The position numbers were made by a program, and so were the translations under genes. From the NCBI GenBank assembly GCA_963796105.1, contig CAWCKJ010000010.1, forward strand, positions 1 through 64,000: 64,000 bases of DNA, given 5' to 3'. The notes under the pieces were generated by a model, which saw nothing but the letters and a program-made list of their open reading frames with translations, did no database searches and had not been told where the DNA came from. The DNA is from a candidate division FCPU426 bacterium. Its GTDB lineage: Bacteria > Oederibacteriota > Muellerivitia > Muellerivitales > Muellerivitaceae. Position 1 is the stretch's first letter; every line of letters begins with the position of its first letter. Positions 9,874 through 19,295 of the stretch are shown here, piece after piece.

Positions 9874-12255
9874 ATGTACCAATTAATTTTAAAGAATAAA
9901 TTTCGTTTACAAACACGGCCAAAATTTATTTTGGCTCTTGGCATTTTGTTATTAGCCTTCCCCTGTGGTGTTTGGCCAGCCAAGGTTAAAAAAAACCTCA
10001 TTCCGGGATTTGCCGTGCAAGGTCTTAATTTCGAGCAAGAGGGGAAGTTCTCTTTCCTTTCTGGAGTGGAAACCCCTGGGCTTTACCGGTTAACCCAGGA
10101 GCAACTGACAGCGTTCTTCCAACAGGTCAAAGCTTCAGGTGGAATTGTCGTAAAGACAAACGCCTATTCAACCGGCAAGACCCAGGATGTCCTTCAGCCC
10201 GGCGCTGACCAATGGGACGAAAAAGCCTTGGCCAAATTGGACCAAGTGGTTGCTACCGCTAAAAAGAACGGGATTAAATTGGTGCTTTCCCTATGCGCGT
10301 CTTCAGGGGATGAGGGCGGAACGGCTGACTACGCATCATGGGTTGGGAGCCCCAATCCAGGAGTATTCTTTATCAATTACCAATGCAAGGATTGGTATCG
10401 TCATTATGTGAAAATGCTATTGAATCGAGTCAATACGATCACTGGGATTAGCTATAATTCAGACCCTGCCATCCTGGCCTGGGACCTGGTGGATTCACCC
10501 AGCAATCCTAATGGCGAACCTGAAGCCATCGACCAATGGGTGGCAGAAATGGCTCCTATTTTGAAGTCACTATCACCCCACGCCCTTGTAAGCATGACCT
10601 TAGACTCTACCGCTTCCGGTCTAAATATAAGTACAGCGGCAGGCCAATCCGGTGTGGAATTTGTTTTTGAACGCATTTTCACGAATTCTCTATCTCCACA
10701 GAAATGGGCGTTGAAACTCGGAAAGCCCGTTGTAGCTGTTTTGGAAAAACCTCAAGTTCAATCACAAGACTTGGGAGCTGGGGTATTGGTCGCCCAGGGA
10801 AATTCAGGGCCGGATCAATGGAAAGGAATCACCTCATTGTTTGCCAACCTAACCCAAAAAGGGGGATTCGGCGCCAAGGATCTTTTTGCATCGGTATCCA
10901 CAGTTCCGGAAAGCGCTCCGGCATTATGTTGGGAGGCCAAGGATAATATCAAAGTCGTTCTTACCGAGCCGGCAAAAGTGATTGTTCGATACGGAGCGGG
11001 AGGAGTGCTGGACCAAGAAACAAAACTTTCCGCCGAAGCGGCTGTCCTTCACCACATTGTCTTAGAACATTTATCAGCGGGGAAGGAATACTCGTTCCAG
11101 GTGAAGGCCGTAAGTGAGAAAAACACACAGTATTCCAACATCTCGACCTTTTCCACGCCAAAGGTTAAGGCCTTGACCGTTCCAAAATTCATAATGTCTA
11201 AAAATTTTATCACGGTTAAAAACGGGCGTTTTTACGATGGGGAAAAAGTATTCCGATTCGTGGGAACTAACAACTATCAACTCCATATCGCGGAACCTGA
11301 CAAGCTTGAGTATGTGATGGATTGGGCTGAAAAGCTGGGTTTTCAGGTCATGCGAACATGGGCTTTCGGGGAATCAAACAAACCCGAAAAAGACTGGGCA
11401 GATTGGGAAAAGCGCCGTTATTTCGTAACGGCCCCCGGACATTATAGGGAGGAAGCTTTCAAGGATTTGGATTCAGTAGTTGTTTCGGCGGCGAAACATA
11501 ATGTTCGGCTAGTTCTTGCCCTTGCAAATAATTGGGGAGACTACGGGGGCGCTCCGGAATGGGTTAAATTCTTCGGTTCCACTGAAAAAAATGATTTTTT
11601 TGACAAGAAAGAAATCAAGGAAGCTTTCAAGGATTACATAAAGGTAATGGTCAATCATGTAAATACCTTGACGGGGGTCGCTTATAAGGACGATCCAACT
11701 ATTATGGCCTGGGACCTCATGAATGAGCCACGCTATGAAAGGGACACAACCGGAAAGGCATTAGTTGGCTGGATTGATGAAATGTCAACTTACTTAAAAA
11801 GCCTTGGGATTAAGCAATTAGTAACCACTGGTTCAGAGGGATTTAAGGCGGAAAATGGGACGCACTATTCCGGAGTTAACTTTATCCTGGACCATCAACC
11901 CAAGAATATTGACTATGCAGTCTTTCATGTTTATCCGGCAGGGGATTATTCCATGTGGAATCTGGAGACTACCGAGGCTGTACTTACTTCCTATGTGAAG
12001 GACGCGCGGGATATTCTGAACAAACCCGTGGTTTTGGAGGAATTCGGGATTGACAAAAGTAAACCCGGATATGACCGACCCTATTTTATTTACAATATGA
12101 TGAAAACATTTTACGACACGGGTGGGGACGGAACCCAATATTGGATGTTGGCGGAACCTACCTATAACGGGGATGGAAACCAGATTGATCCAACAATGAC
12201 TGACATTTGTAACACTTTTGTTATCGAATCCAATGAGCTGCGGGGAGGGAAATAA
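9874..12255 (+). CDS. GH5_7-type beta-mannanase with degenerate N-terminal GH5 copy and FN3-like linker
   Basis: C-terminal domain has FVGTNNY, MRTWAF, NNWGDYGG, AWDLMNEPR and KPVVLEEFG; N-terminal domain has AWDLVDSP instead. Confidence 0.85.
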   Translation: MYQLILKNKFRLQTRPKFILALGILLLAFPCGVWPAKVKKNLIPGFAVQGLNFEQEGKFSFLSGVETPGLYRLTQEQLTAFFQQVKASGGIVVKTNAYSTGKTQDVLQPGADQWDEKALAKLDQVVATAKKNGIKLVLSLCASSGDEGGTADYASWVGSPNPGVFFINYQCKDWYRHYVKMLLNRVNTITGISYNSDPAILAWDLVDSPSNPNGEPEAIDQWVAEMAPILKSLSPHALVSMTLDSTASGLNISTAAGQSGVEFVFERIFTNSLSPQKWALKLGKPVVAVLEKPQVQSQDLGAGVLVAQGNSGPDQWKGITSLFANLTQKGGFGAKDLFASVSTVPESAPALCWEAKDNIKVVLTEPAKVIVRYGAGGVLDQETKLSAEAAVLHHIVLEHLSAGKEYSFQVKAVSEKNTQYSNISTFSTPKVKALTVPKFIMSKNFITVKNGRFYDGEKVFRFVGTNNYQLHIAEPDKLEYVMDWAEKLGFQVMRTWAFGESNKPEKDWADWEKRRYFVTAPGHYREEAFKDLDSVVVSAAKHNVRLVLALANNWGDYGGAPEWVKFFGSTEKNDFFDKKEIKEAFKDYIKVMVNHVNTLTGVAYKDDPTIMAWDLMNEPRYERDTTGKALVGWIDEMSTYLKSLGIKQLVTTGSEGFKAENGTHYSGVNFILDHQPKNIDYAVFHVYPAGDYSMWNLETTEAVLTSYVKDARDILNKPVVLEEFGIDKSKPGYDRPYFIYNMMKTFYDTGGDGTQYWMLAEPTYNGDGNQIDPTMTDICNTFVIESNELRGGK

Positions 12256-12256
12256 A

Positions 12257-12928
12257 ATGAATAAAAAAATATTTTGTGTAGCTATTTTTTTGGGAGTGTT
12301 GTCTTTAGGCATTGGATATTTAGGCGGGTGTGGCAAGGTGACTGGACCCATTAGTCCTTTGGTTAATCCGACGACTATTTTATTTAATTTTGATGATGGA
12401 GTAGCTGGGAATATTAACGCTGGAGTTACAAACCTTTGGGCTTATGATAGCTCAAATCCATACAACTTTGTAAGCGCACCAGCTGTAACAGTTACAAGTA
12501 AACCCGTATTTCAAGGGTCCTATGCTTTAGAGATAGACATACCGCATTTGGTGCCAAATGGGAGTGTTTCATATTACCTAACATCTTATTCTGTTGGAGT
12601 TACCTATTCTTCGTCGGCTTCTTTGAATTTGACAGGAAAAACCTTATCTATGTGGGTCTATTTAAAATCGGGTTTGGTGAGTCCCCCCAATCAAGTTGGC
12701 GCCCAAATTTTTTTGAAGGATACCAGCTATAAATATGCTAATGGCGCCTTTTTCAACCTTACTCCCAATGAATGGATGCAAGTTACTTATAACGTGAATG
12801 CGCCGAGTTATACTGCGAATCCGGACCCTTCCTCAGTTTTTGAAGTCGGACTGCAAATTGCCGGTTCAGGAAGCGCTGTTTTCACCTCTGATGGTGTCGT
12901 CGTTGCGGACAGTTTTGGTTATCAATAA
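12257..12928 (+). CDS. Lipoprotein with CBM-like beta-sandwich domain
   Basis: ATG at 12257 just after upstream stop; lipobox LGGC; FNFDDG, NLTGKTLSMWVYL, PNEWMQVT, DPSSVFEVGLQI. Confidence 0.7.
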   Translation: MNKKIFCVAIFLGVLSLGIGYLGGCGKVTGPISPLVNPTTILFNFDDGVAGNINAGVTNLWAYDSSNPYNFVSAPAVTVTSKPVFQGSYALEIDIPHLVPNGSVSYYLTSYSVGVTYSSSASLNLTGKTLSMWVYLKSGLVSPPNQVGAQIFLKDTSYKYANGAFFNLTPNEWMQVTYNVNAPSYTANPDPSSVFEVGLQIAGSGSAVFTSDGVVVADSFGYQ

Positions 12929-13020
12929 TTTCAACCCTTGTTAAATTTTATTAAAACCGTCAGTTTTAAAACCTTTTTGATCGGTTTATCAATATTTTCC
13001 CATCGTTTGTGGGGTTGCTT

Positions 13021-14994
13021 ATGCAAAAACAAGTCGTCTTTTGGATTGTTTTCGTTGCATGTTGTACATTGATTTCTCCTGCCATGGCAAAGCTCGAATT
13101 ACCTTCCCTAATTGCCGATCACATGGTCCTTCAACAGGGGATCCCTGTGCCCGTTTGGGGAAAGGACAAACCTGGTCAAACCATTACTGTGACAATCGCA
13201 GACCAGTCAGTCTCAACAAAAGCTGGAAACAACGGGAAATGGAAGGCGGCATTAAAGGAGCTTCCTGTTGGTGGGCCTTATGAATTAGTAATTTCTGGTT
13301 CTGAATCCGTCACAATCAAGGATGTTCTGGTTGGAGAAGTATGGGTTGCATCGGGCCAGTCCAACATGGAATTGCCCTTGAATAACACTCTGGATGCAAA
13401 AAAAGAGGTGCCTAAAGCCCATCAGAACCAAATCCGATGGTTCGTTCAGGAGAGGGCACTTTCCTCCAAACCCTTGGAGGACCCCAAAGGAACCTGGAAG
13501 GTCTGCACGCCCGAAACGGCGAAAGATTTCTCGGCGGCTGCTTATTATTTCTCGAAAAATATCCATCAGTCTCTTCATGTACCCGTTGGCATTCTTGGCA
13601 CCTATTGGGGTGGAACGTGGATCGAATCCTGGATACCTCGCGAGACTTTTAAAAATGATCCTAAAATCGAGTCTGCCCTAGATCAGTGGGATTCTCTTTC
13701 GGCTTCAGAAAAAAAAGAACGGGGTGGATTGCAGGATGTGGAATTGGAGATTAAGGATTTTCATTTCATCCCGAAGTCTCCCGCCCTGGAACCATTAAAC
13801 GTTCTATTGGGACCTAATTCAAAAACGAAAAAGGACAAATCCCTAGGAGGAACTTGGATCTCCAACGCGGAACCAGGGTCAAGTATTACGTTTTTTTCAA
13901 AACCTGGTGATGATCCTAATCTGGTACCTATTGGAATCCTGCGAGCCTCAGTCCAGGCGGGCGGTTGGGCTAATATGAACACAGAATTGGTTTCGGGCAA
14001 AAAATCAGTGGATTTAAGTGATTATTATGGGATTGAGTTTTCAGCCAAGGGTAAAGGAGCCTTCACGATTCTTTTCTCCCAACCCATCATCACCGATTGG
14101 GACAATTACGGCACAGAACCCTTTGAGGCGGCCCAAACATGGAAAACATATAAATTCTCATTTTCACAATTGAAGCAAAGCGGCTGGGGATTGCCCAAGC
14201 CATTCCGCTCGAAGGCTATTCAGGCTGTTTATTTAAATATATCTGTTCATCCCATGTTCGCGGTTCCAACCGGCTTATTTAACGGGATGGTTCAACCCTT
14301 GATCCCTTTTGGCATCAGGGGTGCCCTTTGGTACCAAGGAGAGACCAATGTCGGCCACGCGGAGGAATATCATCGTCTTCTTCCCGACTTGATCCGGGGA
14401 TGGAGGAAGGCCTGGGGGATAGGGGATTTCCCCTTCGTAATCGCGCAATTGCCAAATTTTAAGGATCAGACCGCGAAGCAAGGGAATGGTTGGCCTGAAT
14501 TGCGGGAAGCCCAGTATGAATCATCAAAAGAAAACAACACCGGCTTGGCGGTTCTCATCGATGTGGGTGAGGCCAATGATATTCATCCCAAAAACAAAAA
14601 AGATGTCGGATACCGATTGGCACTACAGGCCTTATATTTGGCTTATGGTAAATCCGGAAGTTATTCGGGGCCTTTATATGATTCCATGAGCATTGAAGGC
14701 CAAAAGATACGAATCAAATTCAAAAATATTGATGGCGGATTAAAAGTCAAAGGGATGGGTCCTCTTAAAGGGTTCGTGTTGGCTGGTGCTGATGGCAATT
14801 TCATCGAAGCAAATGCGAAAATCGAGGGCAAAACTGTCCTCGTTTGGAATAAAAATGTCAAATATCCTAAAAACGTTCGTTACGCTTGGGCGGATGATCC
14901 GATTTGCAATCTTTACGGAAAAAACAACCTACCTGCCGCGCCTTTCCGCACTGATAATCCTTATATTGAAATCACACATAAATCTGTAAAGTAA
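13021..14994 (+). CDS. Sialate O-acetylesterase-family (SASA) esterase with inserted CIA30/CBM11-like domain
   Basis: DHMVLQQ, GEVWVASGQSNM, WYQGETN, DIHPKNKKDVGYRL, VRYAW; insert has DLSDYYGIEFSAKG and WKTYKFSFSQLKQSGWG. Confidence 0.85.
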   Translation: MQKQVVFWIVFVACCTLISPAMAKLELPSLIADHMVLQQGIPVPVWGKDKPGQTITVTIADQSVSTKAGNNGKWKAALKELPVGGPYELVISGSESVTIKDVLVGEVWVASGQSNMELPLNNTLDAKKEVPKAHQNQIRWFVQERALSSKPLEDPKGTWKVCTPETAKDFSAAAYYFSKNIHQSLHVPVGILGTYWGGTWIESWIPRETFKNDPKIESALDQWDSLSASEKKERGGLQDVELEIKDFHFIPKSPALEPLNVLLGPNSKTKKDKSLGGTWISNAEPGSSITFFSKPGDDPNLVPIGILRASVQAGGWANMNTELVSGKKSVDLSDYYGIEFSAKGKGAFTILFSQPIITDWDNYGTEPFEAAQTWKTYKFSFSQLKQSGWGLPKPFRSKAIQAVYLNISVHPMFAVPTGLFNGMVQPLIPFGIRGALWYQGETNVGHAEEYHRLLPDLIRGWRKAWGIGDFPFVIAQLPNFKDQTAKQGNGWPELREAQYESSKENNTGLAVLIDVGEANDIHPKNKKDVGYRLALQALYLAYGKSGSYSGPLYDSMSIEGQKIRIKFKNIDGGLKVKGMGPLKGFVLAGADGNFIEANAKIEGKTVLVWNKNVKYPKNVRYAWADDPICNLYGKNNLPAAPFRTDNPYIEITHKSVK

Positions 14995-15177
14995 GGGCTG
15001 ATAACGATTGTTGGCTGCTTAATCTGTATAGCCAGAGTTTTCTGAGTAACAAGTATGTAAAAAAGATTAATTTTTGCTTTAATTTGACTAAAAATTATCC
15101 TCGCCATTTTTCATTGCCATTTCTTGATAAAAGATAGACTATAAATCCGGAGACAGTTTCAAACCATCGAGGATTTT

Positions 15178-15996
15178 ATGCCACGAAAGAAAAAAGAAGA
15201 AGCTCCTAAAAATAAACCCCAAGATTCTCCGAGGAAAAAAATAGTCAATAAAATTAAAAAATCCATTTCTGATGCCGCTGATAAGATTGGTTTGAAGAAG
15301 AGCGGCAAGAAATCCGAACCGTTATCAAAAACCAGGAAAACCCTATCGGTCAGTGTCGCGTCTGCGAAAAAGGCCGGAATAAACGCTTCTAAATCCAAGA
15401 AAACTCCAGATAAAATTCCTTCTCTTAACCATGCCGGAAAGAATCTTAAGCCGGTTGTTAAAAGTACCAAGTTGCCCCGATATGGTCAGACCCAAATGGT
15501 GGCTTTTATCCGGGATCCTCGCTGCATTTTTACCTATTGGGAAGTAACTCCGGAAAGCGTGGATGCGGTCAAAAAACACTTAATGGATGAGTTTCATAAC
15601 AGCTCAATGGTATTAAGGGTTTTCAAAAATAATTCCCATGGTGAAACCGAACTTCTTTATGAGATCAAGGTGGAGCCTGGGGAAATGAACCGATATGTCC
15701 ATTTAGAAGAGGGCGGTGGAAGCTATTTCATCGAAATCGGGCAAAAAACCCCATCGGGCAAGTATATTCCATACGCTCGATCCAACAAGATTGTCACTTC
15801 CCAAGGCGGGTATTCGCCTTCGGTAGATCCGAAATGGGAGCCGCCTGCTGGCATTGTTGAGTATTTTTCCGATGAAATCGTCGAGGAGGCCTTTGAACCC
15901 GAGAAAAAGGTTTTTTCCGCGTCCATGGGCAAGCCTGGACGGGTCTCCCATTTGAGAAGGGGAAAACCCGGCCATCACGCAGCTTCGCATTTTTAA
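15178..15996 (+). CDS. DUF4912-like protein with Lys-rich N-terminus
   Basis: LPRYGQTQMVAFIRDPRCIFTYWEV...YFIEIG...ARSN; adjacent to GH57 as often seen. Confidence 0.75.
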   Translation: MPRKKKEEAPKNKPQDSPRKKIVNKIKKSISDAADKIGLKKSGKKSEPLSKTRKTLSVSVASAKKAGINASKSKKTPDKIPSLNHAGKNLKPVVKSTKLPRYGQTQMVAFIRDPRCIFTYWEVTPESVDAVKKHLMDEFHNSSMVLRVFKNNSHGETELLYEIKVEPGEMNRYVHLEEGGGSYFIEIGQKTPSGKYIPYARSNKIVTSQGGYSPSVDPKWEPPAGIVEYFSDEIVEEAFEPEKKVFSASMGKPGRVSHLRRGKPGHHAASHF

Positions 15997-16097
15997 TAGG
16001 TTATAATATATTTTTCAATGACATTCATCTTCGATTAGATCGACTCATGAAGTGTTTAGGCTAAAAGAATTGGTTAATTTTCACCAAAGGTTTTTCA

Positions 16098-17693
16098 TTG
16101 AGTCATCCTTCTCGCGGCTACCTGGCGTTCATTCTCCATTTCCATTTACCCTTCGTCCGTCACCCGGAACATGATTATTTTCTGGAAGAGAATTGGTATT
16201 ACGAGGCGCTATATGAAAGTTATATCCCTTTGTTATCCAAATTCGAAAGTTTAGTTGAAAAAGAAATTCCGTTTAAAATCAATCTTTCCATCTCTCCCAC
16301 CCTTCTTTCTATGTGGGCCGATCCGCTTCTCCAAACGCGGGCTGTGCGATACGCGGATAACCTTCTCGCGCTTTTGAATAAAGAGAAGGAAAGATTGGAG
16401 CTCAAATCCCCCTTTCGACCCGCGGTGGAGATGTATTTTTCCAAAATTACGACTTACCGCGAAATATTCATCCATCGGTACCACCGCGATTTAGGACTGG
16501 GTTTTAAAAAATTAATGGAGTCTGGCCATGTTGAACTAATGACCACCGCCGCTACCCACGGTTATCTCCCTCTTTTGGGCGTGAGGAGGGAGGCTGTCAA
16601 TGCGCAGGTCAAGACGGCGTTACGAGTCCATGAGAAAACATTCGGCCTGAAACCAGGGGGATTTTGGCTGCCTGAATGCGGTTATCAAAACGGGCTTGAA
16701 GGAATCTTGGCGGAAACGGGCATCCGTTATTTTCTTTTAGACACCCATGGTCTTCTTTACTCGAAACCGAGACCTTACTATGGAACGTTTGCCCCTGCTC
16801 GCTGTCCCAATGGAACTGTTGTTTTCGCACGTGATCCGGAGAGCTCCAAGGAAGTTTGGAGTTCAAAAGAGGGTTATCCTGGGGATCCGGATTACCGTGA
16901 CTTTTACCGGGATATCGGTTTTGATTTGGAGGAAACTTATTTATCCCCTTTTGTCAAACCGGAGGGAATCCGGCGGTTTACAGGCTTGAAATATTACCGG
17001 GTAACCGGTAATCAGGGCGAAAAAGAGCCTTATGCACCTCAAATGGGAATACAAAGGGCAATTGTCCATGCAGAGGATTTCCTGGAGAAACGGATTGCCC
17101 AAATGTCCGCAATTGGCGGTTTCATCGACCGGCCTCCCTTGGTGGCGTGCATGTATGACGCGGAATTGTTTGGCCACTGGTGGTATGAAGGACCGGATTT
17201 CCTGGGGTTGGTATATGAGAAAAACCATACACTTGGAACTGGTATCCGATTTTTAACTCTTACCGAATATCTGGAAATTTATCCACTCCAACAGACATTG
17301 GAACCCAGCCCATCTTCCTGGGGTTTTGGAGGTTATTCGAAATTTTGGCTGAATGAGTCCAATGATTGGATTTATGCGGACCTAACAAAAGCCTGCGACA
17401 TGATGACTGAACAAGCCTCCTTACGGCCCCGGGCAAAAGGATTGGAGCGTCGAGCCTTGAACCAAGCCGCCCGCGAGTTGCTTTTGGCGCAGGCAAGCGA
17501 TTGGGCTTTTATGATGAAAACAGGCAATAATCGAAGATATGCTGAATCCCGCTTTCGCACTCATTTAGGAAGGTTTTATGAGCTTTGCGGTCCAAATAAA
17601 ATCCGGGAAATTAACCTAAATTACTTTGAAGATATAGAGCGGAAAGACAATATATTTCCTGATATTGACTATAGGGATTACAAAATCCTTTGA
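16098..17693 (+). CDS. GH57 1,4-alpha-glucan branching enzyme
   Basis: HFHLPFVRHPE, THGYLPL, FWLPECGY, YDAELFGHWWYEG, ARELLLAQASDWAF. Confidence 0.92.
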   Translation: MSHPSRGYLAFILHFHLPFVRHPEHDYFLEENWYYEALYESYIPLLSKFESLVEKEIPFKINLSISPTLLSMWADPLLQTRAVRYADNLLALLNKEKERLELKSPFRPAVEMYFSKITTYREIFIHRYHRDLGLGFKKLMESGHVELMTTAATHGYLPLLGVRREAVNAQVKTALRVHEKTFGLKPGGFWLPECGYQNGLEGILAETGIRYFLLDTHGLLYSKPRPYYGTFAPARCPNGTVVFARDPESSKEVWSSKEGYPGDPDYRDFYRDIGFDLEETYLSPFVKPEGIRRFTGLKYYRVTGNQGEKEPYAPQMGIQRAIVHAEDFLEKRIAQMSAIGGFIDRPPLVACMYDAELFGHWWYEGPDFLGLVYEKNHTLGTGIRFLTLTEYLEIYPLQQTLEPSPSSWGFGGYSKFWLNESNDWIYADLTKACDMMTEQASLRPRAKGLERRALNQAARELLLAQASDWAFMMKTGNNRRYAESRFRTHLGRFYELCGPNKIREINLNYFEDIERKDNIFPDIDYRDYKIL

Positions 17694-17785
17694 AATCCGA
17701 GGCCGATTTTAATTTTATATGTCTTTGGTTTTTTGCATAATAAAACGCCTAAAAGGATCGCCCACTTCTATCGGAGGTTTCATCA

Positions 17786-18712
17786 TTGAAAACTGTTATC
17801 GGGGTTGATTTAGGGGGCACCAATATTGTTTCCGCGATTGTGGATCAAAAAGGACGTGTTTTAGGAAAAGACAAAAGGCCTACCCTCGCAAGACTAGGTG
17901 CTGTAGGTGTCATGAACCGGATCGTGGATAGCATCTATGCGGCTAGTTCAGAAAGTCGATTATCTTGGGCTTCCCATTTGGCTGTTGGGTTGGGGTCACC
18001 GGGTCCGCTGGATCCCCAAAAAGGGATCATTATCTATACTCCCAACTTGAATTGGCATAATGTCAGGATCGTGGATTACCTCCAAAAAAAAGTCGAAAAA
18101 AAAGTGGTCCTTGAAAATGACGCTAATCTTGCTGCTCTGGGGGAAACCTGGGTTGGCGCTGGAAAAGGGGAAAAGGTTGTGCTTTGTTTGACCCTAGGAA
18201 CAGGGGTTGGCGGTGGTTTGATTCTGGAAGGGAAAATATTCGAAGGCGCTTGGGGAGTAAGCAATCACATCGGCCACATCGTAGTGGATCCCAATGGACC
18301 TAAAGCTCCATACGGAAACAGGGGCATTTTAGAGCAATATGTTTCGGCCACTGGAATTGTTCGTTTAGCAAAGAAAGCTGGCTTGAAACCGCATCAAGGT
18401 GAGCCTAAAGAAGCCCGAATCTTTCAAAAAATGGCGGAAAAAGGAAACCGTAAAGCCATCTTGGTTTATGATTTGGCCGGAAAAATGCTTGGCGTTGGGT
18501 TAACTACCGCTCTGCATCTATTAAACCCGAGTGTGGTTATCTTTAGCGGAGGGGTTTCCGCGGCTGGATCGCTTTTGTTAAAACCTATGTTTCGAGAATT
18601 AAAGGCCCGGTGTTTTAAATCGCACCTCAAGGGCGTTAAATTCAAAATGGCAAAATTAGGGGATAATATGGGCGTGATTGGCGCCGCTCGCTTGGCTTGG
18701 CAATCCATATAG
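17786..18712 (+). CDS. ROK-family sugar kinase (glucokinase-like)
   Basis: IGVDLGGTN, ENDANLAALGE, TLGTGVGGG; no HTH. Confidence 0.9.
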   Translation: MKTVIGVDLGGTNIVSAIVDQKGRVLGKDKRPTLARLGAVGVMNRIVDSIYAASSESRLSWASHLAVGLGSPGPLDPQKGIIIYTPNLNWHNVRIVDYLQKKVEKKVVLENDANLAALGETWVGAGKGEKVVLCLTLGTGVGGGLILEGKIFEGAWGVSNHIGHIVVDPNGPKAPYGNRGILEQYVSATGIVRLAKKAGLKPHQGEPKEARIFQKMAEKGNRKAILVYDLAGKMLGVGLTTALHLLNPSVVIFSGGVSAAGSLLLKPMFRELKARCFKSHLKGVKFKMAKLGDNMGVIGAARLAWQSI

Positions 18713-18908
18713 GGCTATACATGGAAGACTGTAGTTCATCTGAAAAACAGTTAAAATATAAGGTTTTAAGGCTATAAATAAGTTGAATTATGAAAAAACA
18801 ACCCTTAAAATACGGCCTTCAATAAGCCTGTTATGTGTTTTGACAGGTGAATTTTTTTAATTGGAACAGTGGAGATTCCGCCGTTCCTCATTTTTAAGGA
18901 GGGTGTTA

Positions 18909-19154
18909 ATGAAGCGTTTATTCGCCGTTTTGATGTCCGTGTTGTTCTTGGGAGCTGTTGGCGTGGCAATGGCTGATGAGGCTGCTGCTCCTGCCGCTGC
19001 TGCTCCTGCCGCTGCCGCCGCTCCGGCAAAAGCTGAAAAGGCTGAGAAGAAGATGAAGAAGGCCAAGAAAGCTAAGAAAGCGAAAAAAGCGAAGAAGGCT
19101 GCTGCCGCCGCTGATGCTGCTGCTCCCGCCGCTGCTGCTCCGGCCGCCAAGTAA
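18909..19154 (+). CDS. Small secreted Ala/Lys/Pro-rich protein
   Basis: AAGGAGG RBS, signal peptide ending VAMA, AAAP and KKA repeats, downstream terminator. Confidence 0.8.
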   Translation: MKRLFAVLMSVLFLGAVGVAMADEAAAPAAAAPAAAAAPAKAEKAEKKMKKAKKAKKAKKAKKAAAAADAAAPAAAAPAAK

Positions 19155-19208
19155 TTTCGGCGCCTAGCTTGTTGTGGTTTCAGGTCATAAACCTGAAACT
19201 TCCTAATC

Positions 19209-19245
19209 ATCGGGTGAATTTGTGAAAATTCACCCGATTTTTTTT
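19209..19245 (+). terminator. Rho-independent terminator
   Basis: Stem ATCGGGTGAATTT / AAATTCACCCGAT with GTGA loop, followed by T run. Confidence 0.85.
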
Positions 19246-19295
19246 GACCTGAGATAATTCAGACTCGATTCTCCAAAATCCTCATAAGTAGATAG

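Noticed and set aside
18857..19210. 117-aa minus-strand Ala/Phe-rich ORF
   Set aside because: Mirror of the plus-strand gene, which has the RBS, signal peptide and terminator
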